Part shown: positions 35,300 through 48,848 of the stretch, piece by piece
How positions within the stretch are numbered: position 1 is the first letter of the stretch
How the letters are laid out: each line of letters opens with the position of its first letter
NCBI RefSeq assembly: GCF_036321535.1
Contig: NC_087447.1
Span: 39,248,001 to 39,312,000, forward strand
Source: Camelus dromedarius
Taxonomy: Eukaryota
Length of the DNA: 64,000 bases
Direction of reading: 5' to 3'
Made by a program: the position numbers and the translations under genes
Notes under the pieces: model-generated
Seen by the model: only the letters and a program-made list of their open reading frames with translations
Told to the model about the DNA's origin: nothing
Database searches by the model: none

Positions 35300-37399
35300 T
35301 CCTCAAGGGTGTGACCTGTCTTACCTGTGTCCTGACTCTAGCACAAAGGTCCTCAACAATTATTTTTGCAGTGAATTAGTCCCTGTTGCTTAAACTCAGC
35401 ATCCCACACACAACCTCAGGTACTGCCATTCCTGTCTCTTCTTCTACCATCTCACTCCTCTATGGATTCGGTCTTGACCTTCCTTCAAGGCCCATGGAGC
35501 TGCTGCTTTTGCATGGGAATGAGCTTCCCTGGTGGTCAGTGATCTCCTCAAGCAGTATTGCCACTGTCACTGCCAAGGTAACCTGGCTGCCGTGTCGAGA
35601 CCTCGCGCCCTTCACAGAGCCCTCCACTGGGGCCACTCGTGCTCCACCTCTCTGTCCTCCCTCTTCTTGGAGGAGCCATGAGCCTTCCTTGCTGGCTTAT
35701 AGACCATAGTCCTGTCACTGTCCTGCAGTGGCCTTCCCTCTCCTGGAGTCCACTCCATCCATTTAGCACGCCCTCATGCCATGACTTACTGATTTCTGGG
35801 CAGGTCCCCCTCCTTCCTCAAGAATTTCCCCATCAGACTTACAGCCTTCACCTCTCCAGTACCCATCTCCAGTATCCAGTCCCTTAAGGACTCCCACCCT
35901 CATATTGATGACCTTTCTAATGCACTGGCCTCCAAATCTCCATTTTGACAAAGGCCCTTCCTCTCCTAATGTCTCTAACATTAGCCCAGTCCTGACCCCC
36001 AGATTCAGTAGTTGCAAAGATGCTGCTCCTTGTCTGGCTCTCTGGTCTTTCGGCTGCAACCTCCTCACCCACCCCTGCTCACCAATCTCTAGTTCTGGAC
36101 AAACCCTTTCTATTGTATCCCCTCCTCCACACTGCTGGGGAGGTGCAGAAACCAGGCTGTTTGGATCCATTCCAAATTCCTCAGGTGCAATTTCAGAAGG
36201 ACCCTCTCTGCTGCTAGGCCACCTGCCCATCACCTGCCCCTTGCTTCCTCCTCCACTTGCCAGCATCCCTTCTACACCTTTCTGTCTCCCAGGGCCGAGG
36301 TCCACCTTCCAAAGATGCCTGTGCCTCCTCCTTGACTGTGGAGGACAGGCCCTCTCACTGGAGCTCTCTCCTCTTCTCTGCCCTCCCCTCCATTCTTTCT
36401 TTCTCATCTCAGAGGGGAAAAGCTTTCTCTTCCCCCTTTATCCTTTGGGGTCCTATGAAGAATAATGGGAAAATGTGGGCTTTGGAAACTGACAACCTTG
36501 GGCTTGAATTCCAGCTCCAGTATCAAGTAGTTCTGTGTCCTGGAATAATTTATTTAATGTTTCAATGTTTCAAGGTTAGTGTGATATTAATTTCAGCCTC
36601 AAAGGAATCTGCAGAGAGGATGCAATGGCCTGATGCATGTGCGGCACGTGGCCCTGCCTAGACTTTCTGAGTCTTCCTCCCCTACTCCCACCTCCAACTT
36701 CTCCGCTTGAGTCTCATTCCCTTTCTCTTCAGGTGCTTTGCCCCATCAATTATCACCTGCTTGTTTTAAAAATATTTTGTCTTTCCCTTTGACTAAATGT
36801 TTTCTCTTGACATAGAAATGTGAAATTTTCCTTTACCCCTCAAATTTCTTCTTGTGACTCTGCTAACAATTCCAGCTTCCATTCTCCTCCTCCTCTTAAT
36901 TTTATCTCTTGAGAGAGTAAGTAGTCCACATTAGCTGATTCTATTTCTCTCTCACCAACTTTCTCCTTCATCCCTTGCTGTCAGGCCTCACCACCTCTTC
37001 TCTCTCCCTCATTGCTGTACTTAAATTGGGTCTCTAAAGCCATTACAATCTAGGCCCTCAGAGCCTTAGTTTTCCTGGGTCTTTGGCCCGCCACACTCAG
37101 CTGCAGTGTTGGAGTGCAGTGCCAATACCCTGCTTCTGCCAGAAAAATCTGCCTTGATTGCATGTCATTGGATGTTTTTGGTTCTCTTCCTCCATCTCTT
37201 GCTATTCTATCAATTCATTCATTCAACATGTTTTTACTGAGCATCTATTATGTACCACAACTGTGCTAGGTTCTGGCGACACAGTGGTGAATTACACTGG
37301 CATTGTCACTGGCCCACTGGTTCTTGAGTGTATGGTCTAAGAGGGCAGACATCAGACAAACAGTCACCTATTTTCTCTGCATCAGCTACCTGCTGAGTC

Positions 37400-37440
<41 letters not shown>

Positions 37441-39380
37441 TTATATATTTGCAAGAGTGTTACAAAAGCATATAACAGGGAGGAAGACTGGGGGAGAGGA
37501 AGTCAAGGAAGGACAGTTTGAGGAAGTGACATTTCAGCTGAGATCTGCAGGATGAATGTGTTAACTAGGTGAGGAGTGGAGAGTTTTGGAGGAGTGGCTT
37601 CCAGGAAAAGGAAGGAAAACTGAAGGCTTGGAGGTGAGAAGGTAATTGGCAAATTCAAGAAACTGAAGGAAGGCCAGTGTAGCTGAAGGTGGTGGGGAGA
37701 TGAGGTAGGACTTGTGAGCAAAGGGACAGATCATGCAGGGTCTTGTGGGGCCTGGAGAGGGTTTGGGATTTATTCCCAAGAACAATGGGCAGCTATTGAA
37801 AAACCTCTCTTCCCCTGCCTGTTTCCTCATTTGGGGTGGGTCTTCGGTGCTCTGTGCCTCTCCTGGCCCTTTCAGTCTCATGGCCGAGAAATCACTTCTC
37901 TGTGGTTGATTCCTGAATCCGAACACCCTCCTGAATTCCAGTCCTTTTCCCAGCTACTATCTAAGATTATCTACTGAGGTCTCTTGCTGGCAATGCAGAT
38001 TAAATTGGAAAATGACCTCATCGTTCTTTGAAAAATCCTTCCTTCTTCTGTATGTCTCATCTTGGCCAAAGGCAGCTCCACTGGCCTCTCATTTTCCCAG
38101 ACTGGAAATGCTTGTGTCCCCTTGACTTCCCCCTTTATTTACTCATCTGTTTATTTTGCGGATACAGCAGGGACCCAAACTGATAGAACTTGCATTCCAG
38201 TGGAGACGCCCGACAGTAAGCACATCGACGCGTATTACAATGTCAGTCAGTAAGTGGAAAGTGCTATAAATAAAAAGAGAGTAGAAAGTGGGGGGCTGAT
38301 GCTGCTTATTTTCATCAGAGAAGGTCTCTCTGGGGACGTAGATTTGATCAGAGGCCAGAATGAGGTGATAAAGCCATGTGGATATTTGGGGAAAGAATGT
38401 ACCAGGCAGAGGGAACAGCAGATGCAAAGGCCCAGGGGTGGGAGCATGCTTGAGAAACAGCAAAAAGATCGGTGGCTAGAACACGTCAAGTGATGGGTTG
38501 AAAGTAAAGAGATGAGGCCAGAGAAGCAGTGTGTACAGACTGCTATAAAGAATGGAAAAGGGTTTGGAATTTAGTTCTAAGTGTGATAAGAAGCCTTTAG
38601 AAGGTTTTGACCAGAAAAGTGACAAGATCTGATATACGAGCACCAAAGGGTCCCTCTGGCTGCTGTGCATAGAAAGATCATAGGAGGCAAAGCCAAGCCC
38701 ACACAGCCATCCAGATCCTCTCCCTCTCACAGGGTCTTGCCCTCATCCACCCCTCTCTCCCATCCTCACAACCACAGCCCAAGTTAACCCCCTCCATCTC
38801 ATACCTGAATGGCTATTGTGGTCTCCTAAATGATCTTCCTGCATCCTTCTGGATTTATCTTCTAGTCACCCAAGTTTGAGCAAGCCATTCCCTTGCTCAA
38901 GCCTTCAGGTGCTCTCCATCCCATATGAATGAAGTACATCTTTAGTCTTATATTCAAGGTGTCTCCTGCCTTCCAGACTTACCTCCCACTGCTGCCTTTC
39001 ACAGACCTCAAGCTAAAGTCACACAGAACTAATCAGTTTCCCACATAAGCTTCTTGCCTTCCCACCTCCAAGTTTTCACCTGATCTGTTCCATCCCACAA
39101 TGTATTCTCTCATCATCCCCCATATCTGCAAGTCCCAGATTCCCTGAACCTTTCCTGATCATCCCAGGTAACAGGGTTTCTTCTTGCCTTTGGACTCTTA
39201 CACCTTTCTGATGACACGCGTCACTCTCTACATGGTTATAACTTTTTATTGTACAATTTTATCTTCCTCACTAAATTGTAAACTCTTAGAGGGCAGGGTC
39301 CAAGCTTGATATATCTGCGCACTTTCCATCCACAGGGCCGAGCCCAATACTCATAGTGAGTGGACCAAAGATATTTGTCC
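35300..39380. mobile_element. Cluster of L2 fragments in both orientations, with MIR insertions
   Basis: CT-rich L2 ORF2-like sequence; antisense L2 tails (attcattcattcaacatg at about 37213); sense tail near 39370. Confidence 0.55.
37402..37437. repeat. (TG)n microsatellite
   Basis: Directly visible. Confidence 0.95.
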
Positions 39381-40754
39381 AATGAATGAGTTGCTGGAGA
39401 CAGAGTAAACAGTCTATTTGGAGAGACATAACCAAGTGTCAAGCCCCTGGAAGTGAATAATACAAGACAGCGTGTAGTGGAGGGATATGTTACGTGGCAC
39501 ATAGTCTGTGGACCATAGGAATTCAGAAGGGAGACCAGTAAGAGGTGGACTGGTCAGGGAAGACCCGATAACAGCTGATGTTTCTGGAGTGTTTCACGTG
39601 CTGGGCTCTGGGCTGAACGCTTCGCACGCATTATCTCACTTTTCTCATGGACCCCATGCTATAGGCACTTACGTATATGCTTCATCTACAGATGGGGAAG
39701 CTGAGGTAGTAAGGTGAAGCAATTTCCCTGAAGTCACAGTGTTATAAAATGTACAGACGTGGGATTTGAACCCATGCCTGTCTGATTGGTTAGCCTCTAT
39801 CAATCACTCCAGTATCCTGCCTTTGAGAATGAAAAGGAAAGGCTCAGCTGTGAGAATGGGGTTTGCATTTCATTTCCTGTCTCATTCCAAAATGGATCTA
39901 CAGCAGCTAAATATGAGCTGAGCTATGCCTGAGAAGATGACGAGGATTTAAGGATGAGGTAGGTGTTTCAGGTTAGGAAAGCAGCTATTTGTGGCCCATA
40001 AGGCAGACGTGTTCCCGGGCAGAAGCAGAGAGCTGACTAAATTGGAAGATGTATCTGGAGACTGGTTGGATGGGAAAGTGGATACAGTGTGTGGAGGGTG
40101 TTCAATGCCAGGGAGAACTGTTGAGTGTTGATGTGCTAAAGCACAAGGAGATGTGCGAGGGTTTACGAGCCGGCCAGAGCATAACTCCACTCAAAGAACT
40201 CAGGGGGACAGAGTTTGCACTAAGCAGTTGAATGGAACTGTAGGATTTCCTGAGTAAGCCCTTGCTCTCAAAGAGCTGACAATCCTCTGGGAGAAACAGC
40301 CCGTAAGATGCCAACAAAGCACAGTGGAGACCGGGCCAGGAAAGGAGAGTTTCAATGGAGGACCTAGGGTACTTTCTAGGGCTGTGGCATTTGGGACAGG
40401 ACTTGCAGACGAGTGGGGATGGGAGAATAGAAGAGGGTGGCCTCTTCTAGGATTAGGGGAAGGTGGTTTTCAGACAGGGTTACCCTGGTAATCATATACA
40501 GCTGAGAGCACCGAGTGGTCTCTAACACATTTCCGAGGAAGAGAAGCACTTAAGGCTAGAAATCCATCTGTACAGGTAGCAGCACCATGAAAAACGCTTA
40601 GGGGGCTTAGAAGTCAGCAAGTTCAGTGACAGAACAGGGCTGCTTAATGGTCAAAGGAGCTAAAGTAATCTGCAGCTGCCTTACAAGACAGTCAGTGTTG
40701 CACAGCCAGCTCCAGAGCCTATCCTGAGAATTTTGTCCATTTGGGAGCCAAGCA

Positions 40755-40973
40755 CAGTTCAGAACCGAGGGCGATTTTGACCTCCAGAGGACATTTGGCA
40801 AAGTTCTAAGAGGTCTTTGGCTGTCACACCGGGAGGAAATGCTACTGACATCTAGTGGGCAGAATCCAGGAGTTCTGCTAAACATCCCAAACTGCACAGG
40901 GCTACCCTCCACCCCCTCATAACAAAGAATTATCCAAACCAGGTATCAGTAGTGTCAAGCTTGAGAAACTCTG
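40755..40973 (+). mobile_element. MER20 hAT-Charlie MITE
   Basis: gggcgattttgacctccagaggacatttggca...tgctactgacatctagtggg...ctgctaaacatcc...aacaaagaattatcc...ttgagaaactctg matches MER20. Confidence 0.8.
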
Positions 40974-43900
40974 TTCTAGAGGAGGAAGCAAGTGGAGCGC
41001 GATTAGTGGTGGGGACGGTTTTTACAACAACTGGGATTGTTTATCCTGGAGGAGATTTAGGGACTTGAGAAATACCTTAGAGAAGCAGGAAGAACTGAAC
41101 TGTCCAGAGCAACTGCCCAAATTTCCACCCTCACTCACCCTAACTATTGAGATGGGAGTCCAACCAGACCCTATGTTGGAAAATTAAGAAAGTCATTGTA
41201 ATAGTAACCACTTAGATAGCATTCACTGTATTTAAGGCACTCTCCTAAGAGCTGTACACATACCAATACATTTAATTGTCACAACAAAACCATCATACCC
41301 ATTTTACAAATGGAGAGACTGAGACACAAAAAAAGGGTAAGTGACTTGCTTAAGGTCACAAAGCTTAGGGAGTAGCAGAGCCAGAATTTGAACCCAGGCA
41401 GCTGTACTCTTAACCACTGGGCAGTATTGCTATGCTGCATTAGAAAGAGAGAGAACTGGGCTCAGATCCCAACTTCACCACTTCCTAGCTGTGTAACAAC
41501 TGGCATGCTACATAACCTCTCTGAACCACAGTTTCTTCAACCTGCATAACGGGGACAGTAAGATGATAAATAGTTACTAGTTCTTCCATACAGTGATGAA
41601 TGTAGTTCTCACAGCAACTCAAGGACAGGCACATTTATTACCCTTATTTCGCACACATGAGGGTTATTTGGCTTAGAGAGGTTGAGTGACTTGCCCAGGG
41701 TCACACAGCGAGGAAGTGGAGAGTCAGGATTTAAATCCACATTTATCTGACTCCCGAACCTGTTTTTAGCCACAAAGCCATTACATTTGCAAACTTGTGG
41801 TGAGGATAGCATGACAAAGCACATGAAATTGCCTGGAATATAATGAGCAACCAATGATAGCTGTTTATTATTATATTAGTAATCATACTTATTATCCTCA
41901 TGACCAGCTCAATTAGGTGCACAGAAAGCAACACACTATTCTGGCCAAAAGAACCAGATCAGCAGAAAATGAATGATGCAGTGGCTTGTGTATGGCTCAC
42001 AAGCCCTCAGCTGGCTATTCCATAATCCTGAGCTTCAGCCTCCCCAGTAAAGCAGTGTCACGTTTGATTCATTTGTCCTGCTCTCAGCACAGTCTACTAT
42101 TCATAGAACAGGAGTGGGAGGAGCAGGGACAGTGTGAGGCTAATTTAATGTCAAGGTTTCATAGCCCATACATTTCATGGTCATAATAATAATTTTTAAA
42201 AAAGGAATGTGGTGCCTTGTGCAAAACAGGAGAAGTCACCACATACTCACATACTGCACTGTGAATAGAACCACAGCTCACCTGATGGTTAATTCTACCT
42301 GGGAAGGATTTTGTTTTAAAACAATTGCCTGATTTCATTGTAAGGAATGCTGTGGGAGTGTTTTCCACAGAGAGGGGGTGGCATCTGCCTAGCTGGAGGG
42401 CTGGCAGCACACAGAACCTGCCTGCAATGGATTCTTCAACCTGGAATCGTGGCTAACAGGATGTCAGACAGGAAGACTGAGAGCTGCTTGCAGTGCTGGA
42501 GGTAGGTACCCAGGGCAATGGGAGCCCTGAGCAAGGGGCCACCAACTGCCTAGGCTCGGGAGAAACTTTCACAGGGTGGGGATATTGGAACTGTATCTTG
42601 AAGGATGAATAGGAGTTTGTCCGGTGGAGAAAGAGGGAAGCTATACAGACAAGAGAACAACAGCCCTGCAAAAGGTCTGTGACCTGGGAGCACAAGGCCA
42701 CTCTTGAAATCCTTCGTGGCTGGTTGTGGCAGGAACTCAGGGAGAGAGGGCCGTGGAAATGTGGGCTGGAGTCAGCTCATAAAGGCCTAAAGTCTTACAA
42801 AGGCTTCTAGACAGCATGGTATAATGGAAAGGATTTCTAGCAGAGCAGTATGAGGAGAAACTTCCTGGGGGTTTGGAGTGAGTTGACTCCAAGTGCCATG
42901 ACTTATTTGGCTCTATGACCGAGGACAGGTTGCTTTACTCTCTGGGTCTCAGACACGTTTATACGATGGGGACATAACACCCACCTCAGAGGGCTGTCGT
43001 TAGGATGGAACAAGGTGAAGTGTAAATTCCTAGCACAGTCACAGCACGTTGTAGGCTCTCGTGAATGTTACTCCCCCTTTTTTGGATAGATGAGGGGGAT
43101 TTATTTTCCACAGGGCAGAATTTCGATCTGATTTCTATTTTGGAACAGTAACTCCAATTGTTGTTCTAGGGCTAGACTGGAGGCAGAAAGAAGACTCGAC
43201 TCAAAGAGGGTTGCTCTGCTGATCTTGAGCTATAAATGTTGACTTTTAGTAGCTTCAGTCCCAGGGGTTTACATTCTTATCGCCAAGTACCAGATTCTGG
43301 GCTCTAGCCTGTGGTTCCCATATCTGGACCTCTCTGAGAAGACTGGATAATCAACGGTCTTAGCTGCCTCAGTTTCCCCAATGTGAAGAGACCAGCTTGA
43401 AGGTACACAACTCAAGCAATTTGAAGTTTGGCCACATACAAGCTTCTCACTCCTGTTTTCCATTTCATTCCTTCATTCCTTCATTCCTTCATTCCTTCAT
43501 CCTGCAAACATTTATTTAGTGTCAACCGATAACCTGGGTTTCGAGGCTGCTGGGGATACAATTGCCCACTCTCCTGCTTGTTTGGTTTTATAGATCAAAC
43601 TTGAAGAAACAGCAATGCCATTCCCTCCCAGGGCCCACACATCACTGAGGCTTCCCATGGGTCCGTTTGACTCATTCCTGGCCTTTGTGGAAGGTATTTA
43701 GCCGGACAGAGAACATGGTCCAATGAAGACTGTCCTGCTGGAAAATCACTGCCCCATGTCACTCATTATTCAAGCTCCCAATTTTCTAAAATCTCAGCAA
43801 GAATGTAAATCTGAGAACAGAGATCCTGCACTCTGTCTTTCTGAGAAAGAGGTCAGAGCAAGATGGATGAAAAGAAACAGCTGATAGTCAATTCTTATAC

Positions 43901-44939
43901 CTGATTGGACTTTAGGAAATATACCCAGAGAGTAACATGGATTCCTCAATTCCTATCAGGCAATCTTACCTCAAGTCAAGAGAATTTAGAGAATTAACCA
44001 AGAAAGACTTTAACAATGTGGTTAAACAACAATGCTATCACCCAAACTAAAAGAGTGCAGTATGTGATGTCAAAACCTCTACATCTCCTTAGGAAGCCCT
44101 CAAACGCTCGCTTTTCCTCCCAGACCCAGACCATTGTCTCTTCCTTTATGGACCACCCCCAAGAGCTTCTAGCGGGTCTGCCGGCGATGGTGCAGACACC
44201 ATCCCATCCGTTCTCCATGGTGTCCTCAGAGTGCTCTCCCCAGATGGAGAGGAGGACCTGGCCCCTCTCTGCCCAGGTGCCTCTCTGACCCTTGGGCTCC
44301 CTCAGGAGGCATGTCAGGCTGGGTATCGAGGCTGCTCCACGCTGACCTCCACTGAGCTCCACCTCTGACAGCTTTCCTCATCCCACTCAATCTTTATTAC
44401 ACAGCAGGATGGAACTGGGGCACAATACTGTGACTTTCTAACTGAGAGTTATTTTCTCTTCCATCCCCACTTCTTGAAAATCCAGCCCAGACACTACTTC
44501 TTCCAGGCACCCCCTTGCCTCTCCCTCCAGAGGGAGTGCCCTCACCTGCAGGGTCTCCTCGGTGTTCTAATGCCTCTGATGTGGCATTTAGAAAGTTGTG
44601 TTATACTCTATTTACTGCTGTGTCTTTCTTACCTGCAGTGACCTTTCCACACAAGGATGCGGACTCTGCCTTACATTTCCTTGTTTCTCTACTGCCAGGC
44701 ATGGTGCCCAGCACATGATAGACAACTCCATATGTAATTTTTTTTTTTTGAGTTGAATTGAATGATGAAACGGAAGGGAGGGGAATAGGTGTCCCAAAAT
44801 AGAAGACAGGAAATAAGACCAACCAAATCTGGCTCCTCAGCAAACAGTCGACACCCCTCTATTGGGAGGGGGGTTTCTTTGTGCAAGAGGTTGGGAACTG
44901 GGCCCTGAGAACCGCCCAGCCTTTGCCCTTGTGGCTTGT

Positions 44940-45260
44940 TGTTTCAGACTGCGGGCTTTGGAGCCAACCGGGTTGGAATGTCAGGCCTGCCATTTGCTGT
45001 GTGACCACAGCAAGCTACTTAACTTTTTTTTAATATTAAAAATTTATTAAGTCATCAATATATTTATCTTAGGTTTACTCTAAATATAAGTAATACAAAT
45101 AGAATAGTTTTCTCTGTTAGTTTTAACATAATGGATACGCTGCTAAACTTTTCATACCTCGGGTTTTCATCTGTAAAACCAGGGTAATGATGATCCTTAA
45201 TCATAAAGGATTGTCATGAGAAGGGATGAAAAATTCCTGGTCTAGCACTTAGACTAGTAC
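44940..45260 (+). mobile_element. MIR SINE split by a ~110-bp polyadenylated insert
   Basis: The MIR core breaks at gctacttaactttt and resumes at gctgctaaacttttcatacctc. Confidence 0.7.
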
Positions 45261-48025
45261 CTTGTATAGGGAGCGTGGGACAGGCGTCTATTATTACAGA
45301 GCTCACTGTCAAGCAAGCTTGACGTCATGTGAAGATCAAGGTGGACCTCGGTGGAATGCCCTTCACTCTCTTTGCTGCCAGAGTCAGCTTTTTGGGGGGG
45401 AATGTGAAGTCTGGGCTCTAGGTGTTTGATGAGAGCCATGGTGTCCGCAGGAGGTCAGCCATATCGGGGCTACAGGTAATTACAACCCAACATGAGAGGC
45501 TCAATGAGAAAGGCACTTGGGGTACACAAGAAGCCAAAGAGGCAAAAGCAACCTCGGGAGCAGCTAGAGAGGGTCAGTATATTGCCGTTGCTAATGTATA
45601 GTTAGACGGTACAATAGAGTCAAGTTCAGGTGTCCTGCAGCTGCCCTTCAGGAGTGCCAGCACTACATAAACTAAAACTGAACACTGCACATCCCTGGGA
45701 AGTTACCCTCATCTTTCATCCTATATCCAATTACACTGTTTCCAGTTGGGACAGGTAAGGAACGTGGCACCTGCCCACAGAGGTGGCGTGAATGGTCTGT
45801 GTGCCCGAAATGCCAACGAGGGCAGAAAGGCACAGCACTGGAAAACCTCCAGAAGTCTCCATGATAGTAGGCACTAGTGCACTCGAATGCCCTAACTCAA
45901 GTTTGAGTTCAGACTCTAAACCCAACTATTCCTAGATATTGGTTTGTTTTTTCACTTTTAGCTGACTAGCTTTGAGCACTTACTACCTGCCAAATGCTGC
46001 GCTAAGAGCTTTACTTGCATCATTTCTTTTCATCCTCCCTGAAACCTGATAAATTTGGTAAAATTATTAGCTCCACACTATTGAAGAGAAAGTTGAAACT
46101 GAGAAAGGTTAGTTGACCAGTTCGAGGTCACACAGTTTGTAAGTAGTGGAGTTGGAGTTTGCACCCTACTGGGTCTCTCGGAATCCAGAGCCAGAGCTCT
46201 TAATAACTAAGTCAACTTATTTGGAAGGGATCAGAGATTGTCCAGTTCAACCAACTGTATGCCTGGAGGGAGCAATTTGCAGTTGGAAAGTACATGGGTT
46301 TCGGAGACTGTTTTTGCTTTGTTGGAGGCACTTCTGTGTGACACTAGGCCAGTCACTGAAACTTCCTGGGCCCCAGTTTCCTTTTCCAGGAGAAGAGAAG
46401 AGTTAATGCTCTGTTTATCTCTTAGATTTGATTTAAAGAACAACTGCATGTGAGGGCCTGATGTAAGGAGTGGAACAGGACGAAAACTACTGCTTTGTCC
46501 TGAACAGACAGCATGCATATTCCAGCCATCTTTTGTGGGGTAGCTAATTCCTGGTACATCCAGCCAAATGTGATTAACAAGGAAAAATTTAATATAGAAC
46601 CACTCCCTTTTCTGACTCACTAAGAAAATGAGATAATCTTGAATATTGCATTGAAATAAAGAATGTAAAAGTTGAGTTTGATTTTTGGCTGCTCTAAGCT
46701 AAGCATTTTCATATGCATTTAATCTCCATTAAAACAAAATGAGGCTTCCAGATGGTTAAGTGATTGATTGCCTCCAATCACACAACTAGTAAGTACTAAG
46801 GATTTGAATGCAGCATTGCCTAATTTTACCTGAAGGCACTTTTCCATGCAGCAAGGGCTTAGACCAGATCCATTGGATTCAATTATAGATGTGAACAATT
46901 CGGTTTTCACAGAGCCCCAGTTTCAAATGAAGTCACCATCACATCCCCAGGACTGCACCTAATGTCTCCGGGCACCCAAAATGGAAGAGTTTCTGTTTTA
47001 TTCTCTCCATGTCAAAGTCCAAAACTTCGGCAAAATCCAACCTCTGCTAAACAAATCAACCAGCCTCAAATTGTTGAAGAGCCAGTAGAAGTAGAAGATA
47101 TAGGTATAACTTGCTAAGGGATAACTTTCATAGCTTTGAAATACATTTTTAAAAATTATGGACTGTGTTGAGTGTGAAACTTATAAAAATGTAAAACAAT
47201 GACATAAAATTAAAAGGTAGGCAACAACTTGAAAAAAATATTTTTTGAAAAGATGATTAAGTATTCAACTATATGATATACATATATTAAGAAGTAATTC
47301 AAATTTTAAAAGAAAAATAAAACCCATGATCTCAATACATCAGTGACCTAAGGACACGAAGAGAAAATTTACAGAGAACAAAATACAAATATTAAACACT
47401 TATCCTGAGAAACTTTTTTCTTGAGTAGTAATTAAGGAATTATAGATGAAAATAATATTTATCATCATAATAACATACAATATTTTATAGTTCTTAACAT
47501 TTACTAAGTGCTTAACATATATAAATTCATTTCATCCCCAAAACCATCTTAGGAGATGGTACTATTTCTGTTTCATAGATGAAGAAACTGAGACCAAGGG
47601 ACTTTTAGTAACTTGCTCAACTCAGACAACTAGTTAGGGTATAGCTGAGATTTAAATCCAGGCAGCCTGGCTCTTACATCCATGTTACACTTAGGAAATC
47701 AACAAAAATAAAACTACCCATAGGAATTTTTAATATTTTGAATATTCAGTGCCAGTAAAGTTGTTGAGAGACACAATGCTTTTGTCTTTATAAACTGGTA
47801 CAACTCTTTTGACAAGATCAGGCACGTTCAGGGAGGTATGGCTGTAGACGACAGTACAACACTTCTGAAAAGCAATACAGTGATCAGTAGTAACAGCCAT
47901 AAAAATAAATACATGCTTTGTTCCAGTGAGCTCCCTCCCTGGAACGTAGATTGGGGAACTGATTCAACAGAAGCAGAAACCTATATGTATTATTCACTGA
48001 CTTGTTCACCGAATTGCTATCTAGA

Positions 48026-48338
48026 CAAGCCCTTTTCAATATAAATATAATACAAACCACATATGTAATTAGAATTTTTCTAGGAATCATCTTAAAAGAG
48101 ATAAAAAGAAACAGGTGGAATTAACTTGAATCATTCATTTTATTTAACCCACTATGTTCAAATACTGTAATTTCAGCATCAATAATCAATATGAACACTT
48201 ACATTTATTATCTCTTATACCAAGTCTTAGAAACCTGGTGCATATTTTATACTTAAACTACATCTCAATCCAGACTAGACACATTTCAAGTGCTCAATAG
48301 CCACACGTGGCTAGTGGCTCCCGTACTGAACAGCATGG
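48026..48338. mobile_element. MER33/MER3-type hAT-Charlie element within old L1 fragments
   Basis: aaaaagaaacaggtggaattaact...cacatttcaagtgctcaatagccacacgtggctagtggct. Confidence 0.75.
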
Positions 48339-48692
48339 ATCTAGAAGAGCAGAAGGTGGGAAATGGACCATAATATTCAACAATGAGGAGAACGGTTTAG
48401 AAAATTATGGTATATCAGTCTCTGGAATTGTATAAAGTCATGACCAGCAGTAATAATAAAAGCCATAAAATGTATTAAATGGTTATGCTTTGTTAAATAA
48501 AAAAATTTAAGAATAGAAAATATTAGGTTAGTGTATATTTAAAATGTGTTTATATGCAGACCATGGATGAAAGAGAATGTGCAGACATTAAAATAGTTAT
48601 TTTAGCATGCTGGGGTTTAAGGCTGATTTCTTTGTCAATTTTTTTTTTCACTTAAATAGGCATTCAACATTTATTTCTATGAAGAGGTTTTC

Positions 48693-48848
48693 GTTTTTCT
48701 TAACAAAATTTTTTTTTAATTTATGTTTTTGGAGGGGGGAGGTAATCAGTTTATTGACTGATTGGTTTTTTAATGGAAGTACTGGGGATTGAACCCTGGA
48801 CCTATGCATGCTAGGCACACACACTACCACTGAGCTACACCCTCCCCA
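48693..48848 (-). mobile_element. tRNA-Ala-derived SINE (vic-1-like)
   Basis: Reverse-complement copy; degenerate TSD aagaggttttc / aagagattttc. Confidence 0.82.

Noticed and set aside
35763..36661. 214-, 186- and 134-aa ORFs
   Set aside because: They lie in CT-rich degenerate L2-like sequence, overlap on opposite strands and show no recognisable domain.
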